Shown here: positions 10,301 through 19,739 of the stretch, in pieces
Position numbering within the stretch: position 1 is the stretch's first letter
Layout of the letters: the number at the start of each line of letters is the position of its first letter
From: Candidatus Bathyarchaeia archaeon
GTDB taxonomy: Archaea > Thermoproteota > Bathyarchaeia > Bathyarchaeales > Bathycorpusculaceae
NCBI GenBank assembly: GCA_038883775.1
Contig: JAVZLM010000002.1
Span: forward strand, 32,001 to 96,000
Direction: 5' to 3'
Length of the DNA stretch: 64,000 bases
Made by a program: the position numbers and the translations under genes
The notes under the pieces: model-generated
What the model saw: only the letters and a program-made list of their open reading frames with translations
Told to the model about the DNA's origin: nothing
Database searches by the model: none

Positions 10301-11216
10301 ACTAAACCATGTGAAACGCTTCTACATAGACTATTACAACGCAACAGAACCATCGATGATAGGCTGGCAACTTCGCATGCTCAACATGACAGAAATAGAC
10401 CTCGACAACTTTAACGCAGAGGTCAAAATGGGCAGAGACCAGTTTTACTTAGCCTTCAGCGGAGTTTTCGTGAAACCGCCAATGGATGAGATAGACTTCA
10501 TAAGATTCAAACTTTACAATTGGCTTGACATGACAACAGCCCCAGACGCACCGCCAAGAGAATTTGAAAAGCTAAAAATAACATTCAGCGGCGGTTTCAA
10601 TGGCACCCATACAATTCTGTTATATGTTCCAGGCACGGTACCCGCTCCAGACATGACGTCGTTAGATTATAAGAGTATGACATGGCAAAATGTCACTCTA
10701 AGCAGTTTGAAAGATATGCGGTTCCACATAGCCTACCAAGGAGTTATAGACTATCTTGCCAAAACCTATTACGTTCCAATATTCACAAACTCAACGGTGA
10801 ACAACTTTGCCTTTGACCCAGCAGCAAAAAGCATAAGCTTCAACGTAACTGGAACTAGTGGCACTGGCTTTTGTAACATAACAATTCCAAAGGCTCTTCT
10901 AAATGCTGCCCTAAATGATTGGGTTGTAAGAATTGATGGAGTAATCTTGTCTTCAGAGAGCTTTACTGTAACCGAAAACGCTGAGTATACCTTCATATAC
11001 TTGAATTATACGCATTCGGAGCACAGAATAGAAATAGTTGGCACATGGGTTATCACCGAATTCCCGCCGAACATGCTTACAATAATATTGATGATGATAA
11101 GCCTAATAGCCGCAATAATCGCAGTTAAACAAAGAAAGAAACTAAACGCATTAAAAACGAAATATCAAAGCACAATCAACGCATTCACAAATAGACTTCA
11201 TCAATTAAGAATCTAA
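7350..11216 (+). CDS. Large secreted surface glycoprotein with four Ca-binding Ig-like repeats and PEF-CTERM-like anchor
   Basis: Signal peptide, four DxDG[DN]G-type repeats, many N-x-S/T sequons, C-terminal ITEFPP + TM + basic tail. Confidence 0.8.
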   Translation: MRMKKFLALSTIGLILAATFASILISPPVMAQYVSLTRIFDYGEDTDGDSLYNFLVVDVELQVNTAGTYKVSITSLRDQYYNSLYYQVENETYLDVGPHNVSLSFNGIAIYGNKINVSVISAISLIYRVGNTYITELFPERPLSQTYEYTLFDTGAVLTGTFYDEGIDTDGDGLLNYLQISAEVNAADEAVYQLTVSGLQKVSDSTYETIYISNSTQDYLLLGVWNLTVWLYGPTIYASHATNISIVNWIELYFVENGKRSKLDYTFYQSLSRPYRYDEFETPAYFTGTIFDEGEDEDADGKFDYLKISAQANFTEAGFYYLEVSGLLDSAFQKILVFGNLYGYFDVGVQLVNLTLYGPQIYMSKLNPRYIGTLIISTYIEGWGDLPTDRLSNIPLSKEYNYMDFESHAFLTGNISAMGVDTDGNGLFDYLAVGVEINVTEAGMYEIHIGDLMEKTDGTYRYLHYPQWVTDYFDVGVQIVYLNYSGPRLAHEHFSPTNVSVIELNEQVYPYTQLGYIPSAPLPQKYDYTLFDAPLNDIQLNFVVYPNGTIGMDGTVNFTHMYPENMGPQINASIDISTADDLTTGSANGRVVLSSGMFGWPFNSLMANFSSKYDEGLVNSTFKGVLCVPPEARNTYPANATDFNFVSLYKNGMLNVELWGKTQIPSYEAAMFPFNATDLTILAGYLNGELSGNITFHLIAGVPELDVVVHFRGNKTDLILTDDVNVTYGNYFGMIINATTLEGLLAEWNSTIPGPTGLLANMTWGLLECTSLNTTKTEWLDGKGADVQYNATIHGNFTFFFARLLTLTFFGGPHEAEQAIYAALESMFSSVEKGSLTLYYYKDYGIAEIDKLKLTCDIKKLWNKALELVPPTLPPEYKAPVEAILITANATAYAIQEASLNATYSSIEKRLYFDAYLLSNATQLEEELKTILPETVPPELLPIFESYLSVTYCNLTYYETTVRYINGTADFQMNWTLEGDFKAQLNHVKRFYIDYYNATEPSMIGWQLRMLNMTEIDLDNFNAEVKMGRDQFYLAFSGVFVKPPMDEIDFIRFKLYNWLDMTTAPDAPPREFEKLKITFSGGFNGTHTILLYVPGTVPAPDMTSLDYKSMTWQNVTLSSLKDMRFHIAYQGVIDYLAKTYYVPIFTNSTVNNFAFDPAAKSISFNVTGTSGTGFCNITIPKALLNAALNDWVVRIDGVILSSESFTVTENAEYTFIYLNYTHSEHRIEIVGTWVITEFPPNMLTIILMMISLIAAIIAVKQRKKLNALKTKYQSTINAFTNRLHQLRI
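7470..8945 (+). repeat. Four tandem ~125-aa protein-level repeats
   Basis: DYGEDTDGDSLYNFL / DEGIDTDGDGLLNYL / DEGEDEDADGKFDYL / AMGVDTDGNGLFDYL, each unit ending Y.Y..F[DE]; spacing ~370-385 nt. Confidence 0.85.
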
Positions 11217-11280
11217 TTCTCCCTTTTTCTTCAAAAGTTATATCTTTAATCCGCTATAAAATATTAGGGATGTTAAAGCC

Positions 11281-11802
11281 TTGTTCGAGAAAATTCTTGT
11301 TCCATTAGACGGTTCTGAACATTCACTAAAAGCCCTAGAAATTGCCATACAAATTGCCAAAAAGTTTAGTGGAAAGATAACCCTAATTCACGTTTACTCT
11401 GTCGCTGTTAGACCAATAATAGTTCCTGAACCAGCCACTCTAACTCCTTCGGGCTTTCCAGTGATGACTTCAACAGAAGTTTCTCGGATAGCGGAAGCCG
11501 CCCGCAAAAGTGGAAGCAGCATTTTGGCTGATGGTGAGCAAAGGGTTAAGGCTGAAGGTGTTGAAGTTGAAACTTTGCTTAAGGAAGGACATACGGTGCA
11601 AGAGATTGTTAAAACGGCGAGGGAAGGCAATTTCGATTTAATAGTTATTGGCGCTAGGGGCATAAGCAAGATAAGAGAATTGCTTTTAGGAAGCGTGAGC
11701 GACGGAGTAATTCATCACGCCACATGCCCAGTTTTAGTTGTTAAATTGGCTCAGCAATCAGAAGATTGTGCTTGTTCGCCACAATCCTCGCCTTCAATTT
11801 AG
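11281..11802 (+). CDS. Universal stress protein
   Basis: KILVPLDGSEHS, DLIVIGARG, LLGSVS, CPVLVV. Confidence 0.93.
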   Translation: MFEKILVPLDGSEHSLKALEIAIQIAKKFSGKITLIHVYSVAVRPIIVPEPATLTPSGFPVMTSTEVSRIAEAARKSGSSILADGEQRVKAEGVEVETLLKEGHTVQEIVKTAREGNFDLIVIGARGISKIRELLLGSVSDGVIHHATCPVLVVKLAQQSEDCACSPQSSPSI

Positions 11803-12754
11803 CCCCAACAGGAATCTCTTCAGCATTAATTAGAGTTAAGCTTCTATCGCTTCTCTCCGTAACTGCTAACTTCTCCCTTTTAAGCCAGCCTGGTCCAACA
11901 ACTCTAACTTTTACTGTTTCATGTTTTTTGTAGGGAATTGGAAGCATAGCCCTTTTATGGATTCCAAAATCTTTAGGATTCAAAACAAGTTTAACCTTAA
12001 ACTGTTTTTCCCAAATCCTTAGTTGGTCATAAAAATTTTTCCATGAAAGGGGTTTGGTTCCCTTAACTTTTCTTCCATGTTTGTGGATTTCGTATTTCTG
12101 AATTCCTAATAGAGGAAAACGGAAACTTGTTTTGCACAAGTCCTTTGTTAAACTTATTATTTTCGGAATTTCCCCATCATTTATTCCGGGAACCCAAACT
12201 GGAGCGACTAGCAAGTGAATTTTAGTGTTTGAAACTATGTGCTGCATTAGCTCAACAATTTTTTCCACGTCATACCATTCTGTGTTAGCCAATTTTCTAG
12301 CCAAAGTTGAATCTAAAGCGTCTAGGGAGAGGTTTATGCGTTTTAAACCAGCCTCTGAAAGGGCATCTAAAAGCTTAGTGTTCAATGTGGAGCCGTGTGT
12401 TTGCATGGATATGGTTTCTACACCTTCTATTTGGCTTAACGATGAAACAAGCTCTACAATTTTTGGATATGTGATTGGGTCGCCCACGGTGTCTATGTGG
12501 GCTTCGATGTGGCGTCTCCCTTTAAAAATAACGATTTTCTTAAACTCCTCAACTAGATAGTCGTTGGATACTATATATTCTGTTTGGCGTATTTTTGATT
12601 TTGGACCCGCGTTTGTGGAGCAGAATATGCATGAAAGGGGACAAGTAGAAATTGGACGCACTTGAATTATGTTTGTTCCCCTATCGATTAGTCCAAAGGC
12701 TATACAGCCAACCAACGGGATGGAATCTGAAACCTCAAACAACTTCTTTTCCAT
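11741..12754 (-). CDS. Archaeal radical SAM protein with C-terminal TRAM-like domain
   Basis: CPLSCIFC motif; FGLIDRGTNIIQVRP. Confidence 0.88.
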   Translation of the reverse strand: MEKKLFEVSDSIPLVGCIAFGLIDRGTNIIQVRPISTCPLSCIFCSTNAGPKSKIRQTEYIVSNDYLVEEFKKIVIFKGRRHIEAHIDTVGDPITYPKIVELVSSLSQIEGVETISMQTHGSTLNTKLLDALSEAGLKRINLSLDALDSTLARKLANTEWYDVEKIVELMQHIVSNTKIHLLVAPVWVPGINDGEIPKIISLTKDLCKTSFRFPLLGIQKYEIHKHGRKVKGTKPLSWKNFYDQLRIWEKQFKVKLVLNPKDFGIHKRAMLPIPYKKHETVKVRVVGPGWLKREKLAVTERSDRSLTLINAEEIPVGAKLKARIVANKHNLLIAEPI

Positions 12755-12855
12755 TATGGGCTATATTCTCCGAAAGGTTTATCTTAAACTTTTAAGGCAA
12801 AATTTTGCTGCAAAATGGAGGCAAGCCGACTAAATAATGTTCGCATATAGTTTGA

Positions 12856-13443
12856 ATGGTGTATACGCTTTGCCCATGGGAGGGAGCGTGTATGCTAAAA
12901 TCTTCAGTGCTGCTCCTAATCGCCTTAAGCACTCTAAACTCTTTAGGAGTCGGCTTGCTAGGTCCAATTTATCCAATATTTGTTGTTAACCGTTTTTCAG
13001 CTTCTTTTGTTGACATAGGCTTGTTATATGCTGTTTTTTGTTTGGTTGCAGCAGTTTTTAAGACTCCTGCCGGAAAGCTTGTGGATGTGTATGGAGAGGA
13101 AAGAGTTTTCTTTATTGGCGTTATGGTTGGTGCTGCTTGTTCCTTAGCTTATATTGTTGCGTCTAATTTGATGCAACTTTATATTATCGAATTTTTCTTT
13201 GGAATATCCTATGCCCTTCAACGCCCATCCCTTCTCACTTTAGTTAGCAACCTTGGCGGTAAAGAAAGAAAAGGCTTGTTTTTGGGCGTTTTTGAATCCT
13301 TTTATGATGTTGCTGAAGCTATTGCTGCAGTATTATCCACACTAATAGCGAGCAAAATTGGATTTGAACCACTATTTCTATTATGCTCTGGGTTCCAAGC
13401 CACCACAGGATTTTTTGTTTTGAAAATTTGGAAATATGCTTAA
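12856..13443 (+). CDS. Half-size (about 6 TM) MFS-like protein
   Basis: Motif A-like GKLVDVYGEER; only ~185-195 aa. Confidence 0.7.
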   Translation: MVYTLCPWEGACMLKSSVLLLIALSTLNSLGVGLLGPIYPIFVVNRFSASFVDIGLLYAVFCLVAAVFKTPAGKLVDVYGEERVFFIGVMVGAACSLAYIVASNLMQLYIIEFFFGISYALQRPSLLTLVSNLGGKERKGLFLGVFESFYDVAEAIAAVLSTLIASKIGFEPLFLLCSGFQATTGFFVLKIWKYA

Positions 13444-13544
13444 AACATAAAATTGAGCGTAATTAACCGAAAGTTTGGATCTGTTGGCGGATGGAAAAAC
13501 TTTTCTTTAATTAGAGGTAATTATGTTTGGTGTGAAAATTTAAA

Positions 13545-14570
13545 ATGGAGAGGAAGGATTTTCTTCTGGAACCAGTGAAGCATATAAAAATCGATGGAAA
13601 AATGACTGTGGACGAATTAATTCAGCAGTTTAAAAATTCTGGTTCTTTCGGGGCTGGAAGACTTGCAACGGCATGCGACATATACGAGCGGATGCTTCAA
13701 GACAAAGATTGCACAGTTTTCTTAGCGTTGGCTGGCGCTCTTGTTCCCGCTGGAATGCGCTCCATAATTGCTGATCTAATTCGAAAAAGACTTGTTGACG
13801 TAATTGTAAGCACTGGAGCTAATATGGTTCACGATGCAATAGAAGCTATGGGTGGACATCATTACAAGGGGCACTGGAACGTGAACGATGAGCTGCTTTA
13901 CAAATATCACATATACCGCATATACGATGTCTTTGTGCCAGAAGAGGATTTCACAAGAACAGATTACAGACTTGCAGAGATGTTTGAGGAAATAGCGGCT
14001 GAAAATTTTGGGAAAGCTCTTTCTTCAAGGGATTTTGCATGGGAGTTGGGAAAAAGGCTTAGCGATCCAAACTCTATTTTAAGGGCTGCCTATGAGGCGA
14101 AGGTGCCAATTTTTCTTCCAGCGGTTCGAGATTCAGAGTTTGGTTATATGCATTGGCTTCATGCTTCAAAGGAGAAACGTCGAAACACGCTTTTGGTGGA
14201 CGCCTTCAAAGATGTGCCACAAATAACTGAAATCTGTATGCGCTCGCCCAGAAATGGCATGATAGTCCTTGGTGGAGGAGCACCCAGAAACACTGTTCAA
14301 TCCGCTGCCCTTGCATCAAAAAAGGGCATGGACTACGCCATAATAATAACCATGGACCGCCCAGAAACAGGTGGACTGTCAGGCTCAACTCTAGAAGAAA
14401 CAGTAAGCTGGGGAAAAGTGAAAAGCAAAGCCAACAAGGTTATGGTTATAGGCGACGCCGTGACCCTTTTCCCAATAATCGTCGCCTCCGTGATGGAAAG
14501 GCTAGGCGAGGATTTTAAGCGGACACCATCCCAAAGCATAGGGGCACTTATGACATTGGAGGTGCACTAA
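13545..14570 (+). CDS. dys: Deoxyhypusine synthase
   Basis: STGANMVHD, RIYDVF, GGLSGSTLEETVSWGK with active-site Lys. Confidence 0.93.
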   Translation: MERKDFLLEPVKHIKIDGKMTVDELIQQFKNSGSFGAGRLATACDIYERMLQDKDCTVFLALAGALVPAGMRSIIADLIRKRLVDVIVSTGANMVHDAIEAMGGHHYKGHWNVNDELLYKYHIYRIYDVFVPEEDFTRTDYRLAEMFEEIAAENFGKALSSRDFAWELGKRLSDPNSILRAAYEAKVPIFLPAVRDSEFGYMHWLHASKEKRRNTLLVDAFKDVPQITEICMRSPRNGMIVLGGGAPRNTVQSAALASKKGMDYAIIITMDRPETGGLSGSTLEETVSWGKVKSKANKVMVIGDAVTLFPIIVASVMERLGEDFKRTPSQSIGALMTLEVH

Positions 14571-14771
14571 ATGAAAGTGAAACAGAAGTTTTGCGGAAAC
14601 TGCGGCAACCACAACGCTTATGAATATCCAGAAAAAATCTTCTGCTCAAAACGCTACTCAAAAAACGAAGATCCAATAGTGGAAACCTTATGGTGCTGCC
14701 CAGAATGGAACCCAAGCAGCCAAGAATGTTACTGCGTAGAAGAAGCCCTAAACAGGCGAAACAAAAAATAA
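14571..14771 (+). CDS. Small Cys-rich hypothetical protein
   Basis: CGNCGNH, FC, WCC.EW, ECYC; GGAGGTG ribosome-binding site upstream. Confidence 0.65.
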   Translation: MKVKQKFCGNCGNHNAYEYPEKIFCSKRYSKNEDPIVETLWCCPEWNPSSQECYCVEEALNRRNKK

Positions 14772-14833
14772 CCTCCCACCTTTCTTTAATTTGACACTAA
14801 AGTTATTACGTAGATTTCAAAATTTTATAGCAT

Positions 14834-14909
14834 AGCCCGGTGGTGTAGCGGTCAAGCATGGAGGCCTCTGGAGCCTCTGACGAGAGTTCGAATCTCTCCC
14901 GGGCTACCA
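14834..14909 (+). tRNA. tRNA-Gln(CTG), CCA encoded
   Basis: AGCCCGG/CCGGGCT acceptor stem, GAGGC-CT-CTG-GA-GCCTC anticodon arm, TTCGAAT T-loop. Confidence 0.97.
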
Positions 14910-15202
14910 TTTCTAGGTGCGAGCTTGGATTTTTCTGGTTTTGTTTTGGGTTTAGTTTTTATACACTGTTGGTGGAGTGTGCGAAAATGGAATGTTTTCT
15001 CTTGTTATTTTCCTAACCCTACCCCTCTCTAGATTTTCAATAAAGGGTTTAGCCTTGCATTATTTGTTTGGTTAGGTTGGTAGAGATAATCTACTATTTG
15101 GTTGATTTTCTGTTTCGTTGAAGCCTAAAACTTTGAATTGCCTTATCTAACAATGACCACATTTAAATTTACACTTTCACTAATTATCGTTGAGGAACTC
15201 CC

Positions 15203-15772
15203 TTGCCAGAATTCATCCTATACTCCCGTTTGGGTAGAACAGATGCAAATTGGACAAGTTTGCATGATGCTGGACGCCTAGACATAGTTTACGAATGCGC
15301 CGTCGCCAGCCTCTTCCTTAGCCACGCCATACGAAAAAACGTCTTATTCCACGCCATCCTTAATGGTCCGCCAAACCCGCCACAGCACCTAAAAATTGAC
15401 GGTGCAACCCTCCACGATGTCCGCACAGACCAGGAAACATGGAGGCAAATCCTAAAAAAAGTGTTATCTGGCAAAGAGCATCCGGGCATAAGCCTATCTA
15501 AAAAAAGCTTCGAAGCCCTAATAAGGGCTAAGGCTGAAGCATCAAAAATTTACGTTTTAGAAGAAGGCGGAAAGGATATATTGGAAACAGAAATCGGCGC
15601 AAACCCAATTTTTGTTTTAGGCGACCATGTGGGTTTACCAAAAAAGGTTGAAGCCTTCGCTTTGCGTTATGGCGAAAAGGTTTCTCTTGGCAAAAAGCCC
15701 TATTTGGCAGCATCATGCATAACCATCCTAAACTATCTATTGGACAGACAACAAATCCATATTGAGACATAG
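15203..15772 (+). CDS. trmY: tRNA (pseudouridine54-N1)-methyltransferase
   Basis: AGRLDI, LFLSHAIRKNV, GPPNPP, FVLGDHVGL SPOUT motifs. Confidence 0.9.
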   Translation: MPEFILYSRLGRTDANWTSLHDAGRLDIVYECAVASLFLSHAIRKNVLFHAILNGPPNPPQHLKIDGATLHDVRTDQETWRQILKKVLSGKEHPGISLSKKSFEALIRAKAEASKIYVLEEGGKDILETEIGANPIFVLGDHVGLPKKVEAFALRYGEKVSLGKKPYLAASCITILNYLLDRQQIHIET

Positions 15773-15811
15773 CAATCCTTTAATTTGGCATGTGCCATTT
15801 CCTATTAAGTT

Positions 15812-16117
15812 GTGGTTGAAATGGCAGAACGCAAACAAAAACATGAAACCCAAAATTATATTGAAATGGAAGCTGAAGAATCTGGTTTTGTTTTGGAACC
15901 AACACAAGTTGAAGTTGGTTCGGGCTATACTGTTTCCGTAAGTTATGACGAAAATGAAAAACCCATAATAGACGTGAAAACTTATGGCGAAGTAAACATA
16001 ACAAAACTTCGAAGAGAAATCGAACGCATATTCCCAAACGCAAAAATTCGGCAACTAACCCAAACATCCACAGTAACACTTGTTAAGAAACGCAAAAGAA
16101 AAAGAAATAAGCCATAA
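15812..16117 (+). CDS. Hypothetical protein (distant paralog of 52843-53157)
   Basis: GYTVSVSYDENEKPIIDVKTYGEVN..LRREIE..FPNAKI; basic tail. Confidence 0.65.
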   Translation: MVEMAERKQKHETQNYIEMEAEESGFVLEPTQVEVGSGYTVSVSYDENEKPIIDVKTYGEVNITKLRREIERIFPNAKIRQLTQTSTVTLVKKRKRKRNKP

Positions 16118-16296
16118 AGCAATTTTTCGCCCAAAATTCTGAATCCCGAACCGAGATTGAAAAAACAAAAAGAACTTTCAAATATAATTTTCGCTCCCAA
16201 AACAACAAAAACAACATGCAAATCTTAGACTAAAAGACACGATTAGTTTTTAAGCGTCTTCTATGCATTACTGGAAATCTAACAAAAACTTACAGC

Positions 16297-17547
16297 GTGA
16301 AAACAAAAATGGAAAACGGCGACGAAAAAGAAGCAGATTTGAAGCCCCTTTACATACGTTCAGTAGTCAACTCTCTAGGCGCCGGAATGGTAAGCCCATT
16401 TATGGGAGCCTACGCCGTAAAACTTGGCGCTTCATCGGCAGAAATGGGATGGTACCAATCCTCATCAAACATATCCAACAATGTAATGCAGGTTTTCTGG
16501 GGGAGACTAAGCGACAAAGTAAAACGTAGAGTGCCCTTCATAATAGTAGGCACATTGGCAATGGCTTTGCTTTGGATTCCAATGGTTTTCGTGGCAAACG
16601 CAACCCAACTCATCATTTTAATCGCCATCCAAGCAGTTTTGGGTTCTATGGCAACCCCAGCCCTAACAGCCCTTATAGGCGATTTGGTTCCATCATCAAA
16701 GCTTGGAAGAGCAAACGCCAACATAAACCTGTGGGCATCCACTGGAAGCCTCATAGCAACCATGGCCTCTGGAGCGCTCATGATAAGCGTTGGAGGAACA
16801 CCACAAGAAATGATGTTTCTGCCATTGGTAATTGCGACAATTTGTGGCGTAATCTCGTGCTTGGCAATGGTGAATGTAAAAGAGGGGAAAAGCGGCGAAA
16901 AAATAAACTTAACAAGGGAATTTGCTTCAGACTTTATTAGTATGCTAAAATATGCAGGAAGAAGCCACACATTCGTAAAATATTGCACTGTTGTTGGCTT
17001 CTTCGAATTTTCCATGTCCATCTGCTGGCCCCTCATCCCAAGAACACAAGTGGATGTTTTGGGCGCTTCAATGCTGCAAATAGCCTTACTTTCCGTTGTC
17101 CAATCTTTGTTGACCATAATTTTTCAAGGATGGGCTGGAAGGTTCACAGATACCATGGGAAGAAGGCCAGCCTTAATCATTTACCGATTCAGTTTAATAA
17201 CAGTGCCCATAGCCTATGCCTTCGCACCAAACATAAACGCCCTAATAGCCATCGGCGCCTTCTGGGGCTTAGTCACAGCCCTTGGACAAGCAGGGATAAC
17301 CGCCTACCTCTTAGACATATCGCCTCCAGAATATCGCGGAAGCTTCACAGCTGTCTTCAATCTAGTTTTAGGCATAACTTCTTTCTTCGGTTCACTCATT
17401 GGAGGCTACTTATCCGCTTACACAATAGACGCTTTTGGCTTAGTTGTTGGATTGCAAATTGTTTACATGGTTTCTATGGTTGGCAGGGCAATCGGCGCAA
17501 TATTACACTTGACACTAAAAGAAACTTTAAGGGAAAATAAATTATAG
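16297..17547 (+). CDS. MFS transporter
   Basis: 12-TM pattern, WGRLSDKVKRR and GRFTDTMGRR motifs. Confidence 0.88.
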   Translation: MKTKMENGDEKEADLKPLYIRSVVNSLGAGMVSPFMGAYAVKLGASSAEMGWYQSSSNISNNVMQVFWGRLSDKVKRRVPFIIVGTLAMALLWIPMVFVANATQLIILIAIQAVLGSMATPALTALIGDLVPSSKLGRANANINLWASTGSLIATMASGALMISVGGTPQEMMFLPLVIATICGVISCLAMVNVKEGKSGEKINLTREFASDFISMLKYAGRSHTFVKYCTVVGFFEFSMSICWPLIPRTQVDVLGASMLQIALLSVVQSLLTIIFQGWAGRFTDTMGRRPALIIYRFSLITVPIAYAFAPNINALIAIGAFWGLVTALGQAGITAYLLDISPPEYRGSFTAVFNLVLGITSFFGSLIGGYLSAYTIDAFGLVVGLQIVYMVSMVGRAIGAILHLTLKETLRENKL

Positions 17548-18639
17548 GCGGAAGAAGTAAGACCGCACATATTTGCCTTTTATTGGTATGGGTATGCCGC
17601 ATTTCGGGCACCGCTTGCCTTTAGTAAGCGAATAAGCTATCACTTGTGGTCCAAGTCTTTTAATCAACTTTTCTCCACAGTTTGGGCAGTAAGTGTTTTC
17701 ATATTTGTGTCCGTTAACATTTCCGATGTATGGGTAGAGAACTCCAGCCTTCTTTGCCATTTCATACGCCCGTTCCAAAGTTTCAATTTTTGTTGGCGGA
17801 TTATTGAACTTGTAGGCTGGAAAGTAACGTGTAAAATGCAGTGGCGTTTCTGGTCCCACATTTTCCAAATGCTTTTCAATAACCCACCTTAAAGTTTCAT
17901 CATCATCATTAACGTCTCTAACAACTAAATTCACAATTTCCACATGTAAACCCAAATTTTTGGCTTCCCGCGCATTTCTCCAAACCTTCTCCGCATAGGC
18001 ACTTCCACAATATTGCATATAAGTTTCAGTTTTGCCCTTCACATCAATTTTTAATCCATCCATACCGGCTTCAAAAAGCGCTTTAAGCACTTCCAGAGTC
18101 ATGTAGCCGTTTGAAACGTAACAGCAATATTTTATTCCCTTTTCTTTGCCAAATTTGAAAAGTGAAAGCGCCCATTCAGAAAGAAGAGTTGGTTCTTGAA
18201 AGCTTGCGCATAAGCCCGCATCACCATTGTAAATGGCTGATTTAACAATTTCTTCAGGCGGATAATAAGCGGCTTTTGCTGGGTTTGGCTCCGTTTTGGA
18301 CAAGTGAAAGTTTTGACACCAGACGCAGTCTAGGTTGCAGGACCATGTGGAAAATGTGAGGGCTGTGGAGCCAGGCCAATAATGGAAGAAAGGTTTTATT
18401 TCGATTGGGCGGCTTTCTATTGCGCTTATGCTTCCATAAACAAGCGTGTGTAATTCGCCATTTACATTAACTCTTGTTTTGCAAAAGCCTTTAGCGCCTG
18501 GCGGAATTTCGCATCTTCTTTCGCAGAGACTGCATTTAACCTTCTCACCAGATAATTTTTCATAGAAAATTGCCTTTCGAACGGTTGGATAGCGTGTTAA
18601 ATCAGACATTAACACCAAAAATAATGCCGTACACTCCAA
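17542..18639 (-). CDS. amrS: AmmeMemoRadiSAM system radical SAM enzyme
   Basis: C.LC.RRC, PIEIKPFFHYWPG, CNLDCVWCQN, PLHFTRYFP, TYCPNCG; likely start 18609. Confidence 0.88.
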   Translation of the reverse strand: MECTALFLVLMSDLTRYPTVRKAIFYEKLSGEKVKCSLCERRCEIPPGAKGFCKTRVNVNGELHTLVYGSISAIESRPIEIKPFFHYWPGSTALTFSTWSCNLDCVWCQNFHLSKTEPNPAKAAYYPPEEIVKSAIYNGDAGLCASFQEPTLLSEWALSLFKFGKEKGIKYCCYVSNGYMTLEVLKALFEAGMDGLKIDVKGKTETYMQYCGSAYAEKVWRNAREAKNLGLHVEIVNLVVRDVNDDDETLRWVIEKHLENVGPETPLHFTRYFPAYKFNNPPTKIETLERAYEMAKKAGVLYPYIGNVNGHKYENTYCPNCGEKLIKRLGPQVIAYSLTKGKRCPKCGIPIPIKGKYVRSYFFRL

Positions 18640-18641
18640 AA

Positions 18642-19640
18642 TTAACCTTTAAGGCTTCTGAAGTGCTCCCAACCCCGAGGCTCAATAACACTCCTTTTAC
18701 CTTCAAATTCTAAAAGAATCTGCTCTTCAGCCGTAACTTTTCCTATGCGCAAAAGTTTTCCGCCCACCTCTCGGATGGCTTTTTCAGCCTTTTTCCAAAG
18801 TTTAGGCTTTAAAGTTAAAACAAGTTCATATTCCTCCCCACCATAAAGTGTCAACTCTAATGGGTCGAGGTTATGAATTTGAGCAAATTTTTCAGCCTCT
18901 TTGGCTATTGGCAATTTATCAATTAAGAAGCCAACTCCGCTTGCCTTTGCAATTTCATGCAGACTCCATGCCAAGCCATCGCTTGAGTCTATGGACGCCG
19001 TAACCGCTTTTGTCTGGCTTAGGGCTAAACCCTCTCTCAAACGTGCCCTTGGCATCAAAACCGACTCCATAAGCTCACGGCGAATTTTTGCTGACGCCTC
19101 AAAACTTTCAACAAGAATTTTTAACCCAGCGGCTGTCTTACCAAAAAACCCTGTAACCGCAACAATGTCTCCAGGTTTTGCTCCGTTCCGCAGCATGACT
19201 TCCGCCTTTTTGGCTGTTCCAAAGAGAGATATGCTTATCACAAGGTCTGAGGCTTCGTTTGTGTCTCCCCCAACAACATAAGCGCCATACTCACGGGCTC
19301 CAGCATTCAACCCGTTTCCAATGTCTTCTATGGCTTTTTTTGTTATTTTTCTTGGCAGTCCAAGGGATACCAACAGCGCTAATGGTTTGACGCCTTTTGC
19401 TGCAAAATCGCTGATATTCATGACAACAGCCTTGCGGGCTGCGTGCCACAAACTCATGCCGGATGGAACATCAGTTTTATCCACAAGCATGTCTGTTTTC
19501 AAAACTGCAAGTTTGCCATTTCCAATGTCATAGGCGGAAACGTCATCACCGAAGGGTATGGGCATTTTTGGCAAAGGTTCAAGACTGTTTTGTATAATTT
19601 CAATTATTCTTCTTTCACCTAATCTTTCATGCTTCTTCAT
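18642..19640 (-). CDS. thiL: Thiamine-monophosphate kinase
   Basis: GDD, NISDFAAKG, GGDTN, DSSDGL, GGEEYEL, GWEHF. Confidence 0.95.
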   Translation of the reverse strand: MKKHERLGERRIIEIIQNSLEPLPKMPIPFGDDVSAYDIGNGKLAVLKTDMLVDKTDVPSGMSLWHAARKAVVMNISDFAAKGVKPLALLVSLGLPRKITKKAIEDIGNGLNAGAREYGAYVVGGDTNEASDLVISISLFGTAKKAEVMLRNGAKPGDIVAVTGFFGKTAAGLKILVESFEASAKIRRELMESVLMPRARLREGLALSQTKAVTASIDSSDGLAWSLHEIAKASGVGFLIDKLPIAKEAEKFAQIHNLDPLELTLYGGEEYELVLTLKPKLWKKAEKAIREVGGKLLRIGKVTAEEQILLEFEGKRSVIEPRGWEHFRSLKG

Positions 19641-19739
19641 TAAATCGCTCCAAATATTATTTTACTCTCAACCCTTGATATAAATTAAATAATGTTTAAA
19701 TTCTACATTGATTGCTGATAAAGAGTTCGTGGTGAAATC

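Noticed and set aside
11741-11802. 62-nt convergent overlap of the USP and radical SAM genes
   Set aside because: Most simply a short C-terminal run-on of USP; short convergent overlaps are common in this window
14910-15202. T-rich gap after tRNA-Gln as an integration scar or ncRNA
   Set aside because: No integrase, no duplicated tRNA 3' end, and no clear ORF or stable structure seen
16410-17540. Long alternative-frame and antisense ORFs over the MFS gene (likewise 45604-46209 and 51937-52440)
   Set aside because: Shadow ORFs of well-supported genes with no recognisable motifs
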